Both the position numbers and the translations under genes were made by a program. 64,000 nt of DNA from an uncultured Parachlamydiaceae bacterium (GTDB lineage Bacteria > Chlamydiota > Chlamydiia > Chlamydiales > Parachlamydiaceae). Location: assembly GCA_963742415.1 (NCBI GenBank), contig CAVULX010000002.1, positions 160,001-224,000 on the forward strand. The letters are read 5' to 3'. The notes beneath the pieces are model-generated. The model searched no databases and was not told where the DNA came from. It saw nothing but the letters and a program-made list of their open reading frames with translations. Each line of letters opens with the position of its first letter. Within the stretch, counting starts at the first letter, position 1. Shown here in pieces: positions 58,871 to 64,000 of this stretch.

Positions 58871-60940
58871 ATGTTGACATCTCTTTTATCTTATTTACCT
58901 GAAATTCAAATATTTAAAAACTTTTCTGCCAACCTTGAAGCGAAAACACCTCTTTCCCTCTTTTCTTTTTTGCCATCTATCCCCTTCTTCAATCCCTCGT
59001 CTTCAAATTCCAAACGCTCTGCCTTTCAAGCCCACCATATTGACCTTTTACAATTAGCCTCCAAAAGCCAGAAAAATCTAAATGACGAATGGGAATCCCA
59101 CCTAGATCAAGTATTAAAGGATATCCACAATGTGCAAGAAAGCTCCGATCTAACATCCGAAGACAAAGAAAATTCCACAGCCATTATAAAAAAATTATCT
59201 CCTGATAATTTAGCCCTCTTTTTTCAACACCTAGCGACGTTTTCTATCGACCACAATGAGGACAAATTGATCGATGAAATCTTAAATGCAATCCCTTTAG
59301 ATAGTCTGCAAGACATTGTTAAGGATAAACTGCCTCAAGGATTTTCCACCCTAGATGCATGGATCCAGCAAGTTGCCGCCTCTTTGCCCTCTGAAACTTC
59401 GACCCCGGTTCGTTCCAGTGAAGACCAAATGAGGGCTTCCCGAAGCCGCAATGTCGTCACACAATTCTTTCCCAATATGGGGAATGTTTTTTTACGCGCT
59501 TTCAATTTGTTTGATGCTCCGCGTCCCCCCGATACTTTATATGAATATGGTGTGCTGGTAACTTTATATATCAATTTCTTTAAGCTACCCTATTTTTTAG
59601 TCAAGTCAGTCGACAATTTTACCACCAGCCCTCTTCATACCTTAGTCATTTCCACTTTGATTATAGGGATGGCAGTCGGACTTCTCTATACATATCTGAG
59701 ATGGCTAAAGCCATGCCCTGAAACTTTGAGTTACTGTAAAAGACTTTCAAATGATCTCCAGCATGGTGAACCTGTCTTATGCCGGGATACTGAAACTCAG
59801 AAAATCATCGGTTGCCTGGGGACAAAATCGGAAAATGCAAGAATGAGCTTTGCGGTAATTGGAGAACCTGGGATCGGAAAAACAACATGGAAAGAAGGCT
59901 TGGCTGCCAAATTGCCGCATATGAAATTTTTTGACTTTGAAAACGCCAAATTATTTGGCATGGGTTCCTCTGTAATCAGTGCAGCCGAAAAAATGGAGCA
60001 GTCTTTTCAAGAAGTCCGTTTTCATGAAAATGAGGTTGTTTTTTGCTTTGATGAGCTTGGAGATGCAATCAAATTTAAGCCCGGGGACATTACGACGATT
60101 TTTAAAAGTATTCTTGGCCGTAATAGGCAAGTTCAGCTTATCGCTTTTATTACTACCGATCAGTGGGAAGAGCTTTTAAAAATGGATAAAGCGATAGGTG
60201 AAAGATTCCGCCCTATTCATTTTGCTCCAATGAACGACAGCCAAACAGAACAAGTCCTCTACGAACGTATGCGGAGGCAGGGATCCGAAATGAGCTTCTC
60301 TTATCAAGCTATAATAAAAATTATTGACGAAACAAACAAAGACGAGGAGCACTGTCAGCCTAGGAAAGCTGTCAATCTTTTGGATGAGCTAATGAATCGA
60401 ATTGATTATTTTGACATAAACAACTACAAAGTCCCAGAGCAATATATGGCTGAAGAAACTTTAAAGAATCTTGAAGCTCAATCTAAATGCTCCGATTCCC
60501 CCTTAAGAGATCCTTCTTCAAAAGCCTGTAAAGTGCATTTAGAAAACATACAAAAAGCCAAAGAGGAAATCGAAAAAAGAAAAAAGGAAACCGAAGAGGT
60601 CAAAACAAATGCCATTCAATTGAAAAAGGCTCTAGCTCAAGATAGACATTTGCAACAGATGATGAATTCATCGGCAAGGCAAATAAATAGTGAAAAACCT
60701 AAAGAAACCGAAACAGATTTATTGAAAAAACGTTTTGCCTTCGCCAATTTTTTTGGCTTGAAAAAGCTCTCAGAAGTTATTGGGGAGCTGAAGAGTGGGC
60801 TGAAGGGTTATCATGATGTATTCCTTTGCATTGATGAAAGCACTGTGGATGCTATTTTAGCCAGCCGCGCCTCCTCAAATGTAACCAAAAAAACCCCCTC
60901 AAACGAGAAAGGAAAAGAAAAAGAAGAAGAAAAAACTTAA
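58871..60940 (+). CDS. membrane-anchored ClpA/B-like single-module AAA+ ATPase
   Basis: Hydrophobic segments precede Walker A GEPGIGKT, Walker B FCFDE, DKAIGERF and QPRKAVNLLDE, then a coiled coil. Confidence 0.8.
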   Translation: MLTSLLSYLPEIQIFKNFSANLEAKTPLSLFSFLPSIPFFNPSSSNSKRSAFQAHHIDLLQLASKSQKNLNDEWESHLDQVLKDIHNVQESSDLTSEDKENSTAIIKKLSPDNLALFFQHLATFSIDHNEDKLIDEILNAIPLDSLQDIVKDKLPQGFSTLDAWIQQVAASLPSETSTPVRSSEDQMRASRSRNVVTQFFPNMGNVFLRAFNLFDAPRPPDTLYEYGVLVTLYINFFKLPYFLVKSVDNFTTSPLHTLVISTLIIGMAVGLLYTYLRWLKPCPETLSYCKRLSNDLQHGEPVLCRDTETQKIIGCLGTKSENARMSFAVIGEPGIGKTTWKEGLAAKLPHMKFFDFENAKLFGMGSSVISAAEKMEQSFQEVRFHENEVVFCFDELGDAIKFKPGDITTIFKSILGRNRQVQLIAFITTDQWEELLKMDKAIGERFRPIHFAPMNDSQTEQVLYERMRRQGSEMSFSYQAIIKIIDETNKDEEHCQPRKAVNLLDELMNRIDYFDINNYKVPEQYMAEETLKNLEAQSKCSDSPLRDPSSKACKVHLENIQKAKEEIEKRKKETEEVKTNAIQLKKALAQDRHLQQMMNSSARQINSEKPKETETDLLKKRFAFANFFGLKKLSEVIGELKSGLKGYHDVFLCIDESTVDAILASRASSNVTKKTPSNEKGKEKEEEKT

Positions 60941-60955
60941 TCTCTTTTCTTGACC

Positions 60956-61198
60956 TAATTTGGAGTGCGGCGGCTTGCCGTTGCTTTGACAAGCATCGCC
61001 TTGGCGATGCTCTGAAATTTGGACGTTTCCAGGCCTGGTGCCTGGTTCTGAAGTTTGGATGTTTCTTAAATAAATTTCCGAAGGGAATTGCAGATTGGTA
61101 GCCCAGAGTAAGTTGTGAGGGCGAAGCCCGAAACAGCGCAACTCTGGGAACTCTAAGGATTAAGAATTGTACCCCCGAAGCGGGGTACAAGAAATTCT
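60956..61198. repeat. cluster of REP-like hairpins including a family C arm
   Basis: taatttggagtgcggcggctt is identical to 55941-55960; hairpins agcatcgcc-tt-ggcgatgct, cccagagt...actctggg and ttgtacccc-cgaagc-ggggtacaa. Confidence 0.75.
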
Positions 61199-61428
61199 AA
61201 CCGCTATCCGGTAGATGATAAGGCAAGGCATTTATGGCCAAAATGCTACTGGATTTTATTGGGTTTTGATGGTAAAAATAACGAGTCATTGCACCTTCTC
61301 TTGAGGAAAATTAAGATAAAAAAGATGTCAATAGACGAAAAACAGTTAATTTTTATTGATTTTTAATAATTAAACAATTAAACTTAAAAAATTAATTAAC
61401 TAATTTAATTTAAAAATAAAGATTTTTT

Positions 61429-62676
61429 ATGAATATATCAGGTGTTTGTAAAAGTTGTTTTAATGTTTTTAAAGAGGTTTCTAATTTTAAAAACAATGAT
61501 AATAAAATCACTGCTTTTGCGGTATTAAAAATATTTACAGCCGTGGTTCTTCTAGTGTGTGGAGCTGCGATTCTCTATGGTCGTTTTAACAAAAAACAAA
61601 ACGATTCCTCTACAGCCATGAATGTTGATAATCAAACGAAAAAAATATTCTCAATTGGCGGTGCCTCCTCTACCTCACAAGTCAATTTTCAGACTTATTT
61701 TTCAAAATTAGAAAAAATTGAGTTATCAGAAGTTTTGGATACATATATTAGTCGGTATTTACCCCGTGCCAATCAGGAAAACTTGGAGGAGTATAGCCAT
61801 TCTGAAGATTATAAACGACATGCTAAAACAGCTCGTATTTATTACAATTCAAGTCAACTCTCGAAATTAGATGCACTAAGGATTATTTTTCAACGTGAAC
61901 CTACGAACATAGCTATGGGAGACTATCAGTACGTTGAAAAAAATTTAATAGAATCATTTGGTTATAGGAAAGGAGTCTATAACGATATAGACGCAAAAAA
62001 AACGGATGGATCTTCATTCAAGGAACTCCCTAATACCGCAACCGTTTATTCTGAAACTTATTTATGGGATCCGGGAAAAGAAAATAAAAAAGAAATCGCT
62101 TGTCTTTCTTTACCTGCTCCTGCTTTAGATACTACTGACCAACCACACTACAAATATTATATGAAAGAAGGCAAATTAGATGTGAAAAAGTACGAACAAG
62201 AAATGGAATTTTTATTCAAATGTATAGAAAAAGCAGTTAGAGATAATAAGGATCGTGCCTTTCGCGGTGAAGGAATTAAAAGGATTGTTCTCTCTAAATT
62301 TGGTCAAGGCGCCTTTTTAGAAGCTTTATCTGAAGATGATAAGAAGATAGCCCACAATGTTTACAGAGAACAAATGGGTATCTTTCTAATGAACATTAAA
62401 GATATACATTTAGAAATCGTAATGAGTGAATATTCTGATCCCGGCGATGATGGTAAATGGCATGATGAAATGATCATTGGAGATATTATAGAAACAGCTC
62501 ATGAGGGTGATCTAATTATTAATGCCTGGGATCCTCACAGTGCTCCAGGAAATGGCAATGATGGGGATCGCTCTTTTGATGGAGCGATGGGAAAAGGATC
62601 GGGTATTCTTCTAACGCAAACGAGTTGGTTAAATGAGACCTTAAGGAGTCAAGATTCATTGGTTGCTGTTAAATAA
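61429..62676 (+). CDS. hypothetical protein with N-terminal TM and macrodomain-like motifs in permuted order
   Basis: SLPAP...GIKRIVLSKFGQGAF followed by IIGDII...LIINAWD...GNGN...FDGAMG. Confidence 0.65.
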   Translation: MNISGVCKSCFNVFKEVSNFKNNDNKITAFAVLKIFTAVVLLVCGAAILYGRFNKKQNDSSTAMNVDNQTKKIFSIGGASSTSQVNFQTYFSKLEKIELSEVLDTYISRYLPRANQENLEEYSHSEDYKRHAKTARIYYNSSQLSKLDALRIIFQREPTNIAMGDYQYVEKNLIESFGYRKGVYNDIDAKKTDGSSFKELPNTATVYSETYLWDPGKENKKEIACLSLPAPALDTTDQPHYKYYMKEGKLDVKKYEQEMEFLFKCIEKAVRDNKDRAFRGEGIKRIVLSKFGQGAFLEALSEDDKKIAHNVYREQMGIFLMNIKDIHLEIVMSEYSDPGDDGKWHDEMIIGDIIETAHEGDLIINAWDPHSAPGNGNDGDRSFDGAMGKGSGILLTQTSWLNETLRSQDSLVAVK

Positions 62677-62847
62677 TTCTTTAATCATTATTTTTATTCA
62701 GACATTCTAAAAGTATCCCTCCATGGCTTGCAAATTTATTTTAGATCACCCTATTTCAATAAGAGGCTCAGAATATATTGAAAATGATATTTGGTCATTA
62801 GCTATTTCACCGTTAAAAATCAATCAATAAGTTTAATGAGATTAAAT

Positions 62848-63690
62848 ATGTATCGCATATTTGTATTTTTTTTGTGTTCTCTGTTTTTTTCTTATCCACT
62901 CGCCGCTGACGACTGGAGCGGTATAGATTATGCGCAAAATTCTTCTGTACAATTATCACATGCTGAACGCTTGTTGAATGGCCTTTCTTTAATCGGTCAT
63001 GAAAGTATTCTTGATGTAGGCTGTGGGGATGGGAAGATTACAGCATTACTAGCTAAAAAAGTTCCACAAGGTATTGTAATAGGAATTGATCCTTCTGATT
63101 CCATGTTGGATAAAGCTGAAATACTTCGTAGAGAAAATGGTCTTTTTAATTTGACCTTTCAAAAAGGTACAGCGGAGGAGTTTTCTTTAAACCAACGCTT
63201 CGATCATATTATTGCTATTCATGTAATGCACTGGATTAAGGAGCAAGAGAGAGCATTAGAAAATATTCAAACTCACCTTAAACCACAGGGACATGTTCAT
63301 TTCATCTTTGCTCCTTCAAAAGAAGGATTGCCCTTCCACGTAGCTTTACAGAAAACATTACAAAATTGGAGTCAAGATTTTATTGATTTCATCAATCCTC
63401 AACAGGTTTTTGATATGGAAACTTACCGTAAATTAATGGTGAAATCGGGTTTTCATATTGAATCAATTCATTATCTTTACCATGAATCAATGCATGAAAA
63501 TAAAGAAAGATTAAAAGATTGGATAAGGCAATGGCAACCTCATGCAAAACATCTCCCCTTAGATAATCGGACAAATTTTCTTGATGAACTTGTTAATAAT
63601 TATCTCATTGAAATGGGCTTACATCCAGAAACTTCAGTTTCAGTTAAGTGGGGAGAGTATGTGCTTATTGTTGAAGCTAAAAAAGCTTAA
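62848..63690 (+). CDS. class I SAM-dependent methyltransferase (Tam-like) with apparent signal peptide
   Basis: ILDVGCGDGKIT, GIDPS, MHWI and LKPQG; N-terminus MYRIFVFFLCSLFFSYPLAA. Confidence 0.88.
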   Translation: MYRIFVFFLCSLFFSYPLAADDWSGIDYAQNSSVQLSHAERLLNGLSLIGHESILDVGCGDGKITALLAKKVPQGIVIGIDPSDSMLDKAEILRRENGLFNLTFQKGTAEEFSLNQRFDHIIAIHVMHWIKEQERALENIQTHLKPQGHVHFIFAPSKEGLPFHVALQKTLQNWSQDFIDFINPQQVFDMETYRKLMVKSGFHIESIHYLYHESMHENKERLKDWIRQWQPHAKHLPLDNRTNFLDELVNNYLIEMGLHPETSVSVKWGEYVLIVEAKKA

Positions 63691-63734
63691 CAAGTTATCA
63701 AGCACGTTAAGGATATGAAGTTTTGAATAATGCT

Positions 63735-64000
63735 CTACTTCTCAACAATGAATATTACAAAAGGGGGAAACGCTGTATATTCCTTGCTAAGGGTATGCTT
63801 TTGATTTTCATTATAGCTCTGTATTTCCTGCTCACTAGTAAAATAAGGGCGATATACGTTGTTTATTCGAAAACCTTCCTGAATGAGAATAGAAACGTAT
63901 TCATGCTCTGAATGATAATAATTCGGCACTACCATCATTGGAATTTTTCTCCAAATTTCCACTCCAGATTTCAAATTTGTTTCGTCAAGCAATAACACCC
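63735..64000 (-). CDS. 3' end of a gene entering from the right edge (probably a class I methyltransferase)
   Basis: Open to the edge; YYHSEHEYVSILIQEGFRI...PPFVIFIVEK resembles a methyltransferase C-terminus. Confidence 0.55.
   Translation of the reverse strand, partial: VLLLDETNLKSGVEIWRKIPMMVVPNYYHSEHEYVSILIQEGFRINNVYRPYFTSEQEIQSYNENQKHTLSKEYTAFPPFVIFIVEK

Overview
Chromosomal window from an environmental chlamydia (Chlamydiota, Parachlamydiales-like). This is inferred from the lnt-lpxC-fabZ-lpxA-fmt block, archaeal-type asd, rplU-rpmA-obgE, recC-recB-recD and many Inc-like or eukaryote-like effector genes. Bases 1-14 kb are a decayed accessory island: the 5' end of a probable darT toxin gene, a degenerate tRNA-Thr(CGT)/att-like site, HsdS and S66 gene fragments, a deletion scar, a Doc-type TA pair, a PadR-monooxygenase unit and candidate effectors. 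Bases 14-52.7 kb hold two convergent tripartite efflux operons, an MHYT-PAS two-component pair and housekeeping genes. Bases 52.9-64 kb hold three paralogous two-TM proteins with a Pex11-like layout, a membrane-anchored Clp-type AAA+ protein, an apparently circularly permuted macrodomain protein and methyltransferases. The most striking non-coding signal is a set of at least nine long palindromic elements from several families. Each lies just downstream of a gene 3' end, several are nested, the arms co-vary, and repeat-derived sequence encodes the C-termini of asd, obgE and fmt. No transposase, integrase, CRISPR array, rRNA or intact tRNA was seen. All family assignments come from motif recognition by eye, without database searches.
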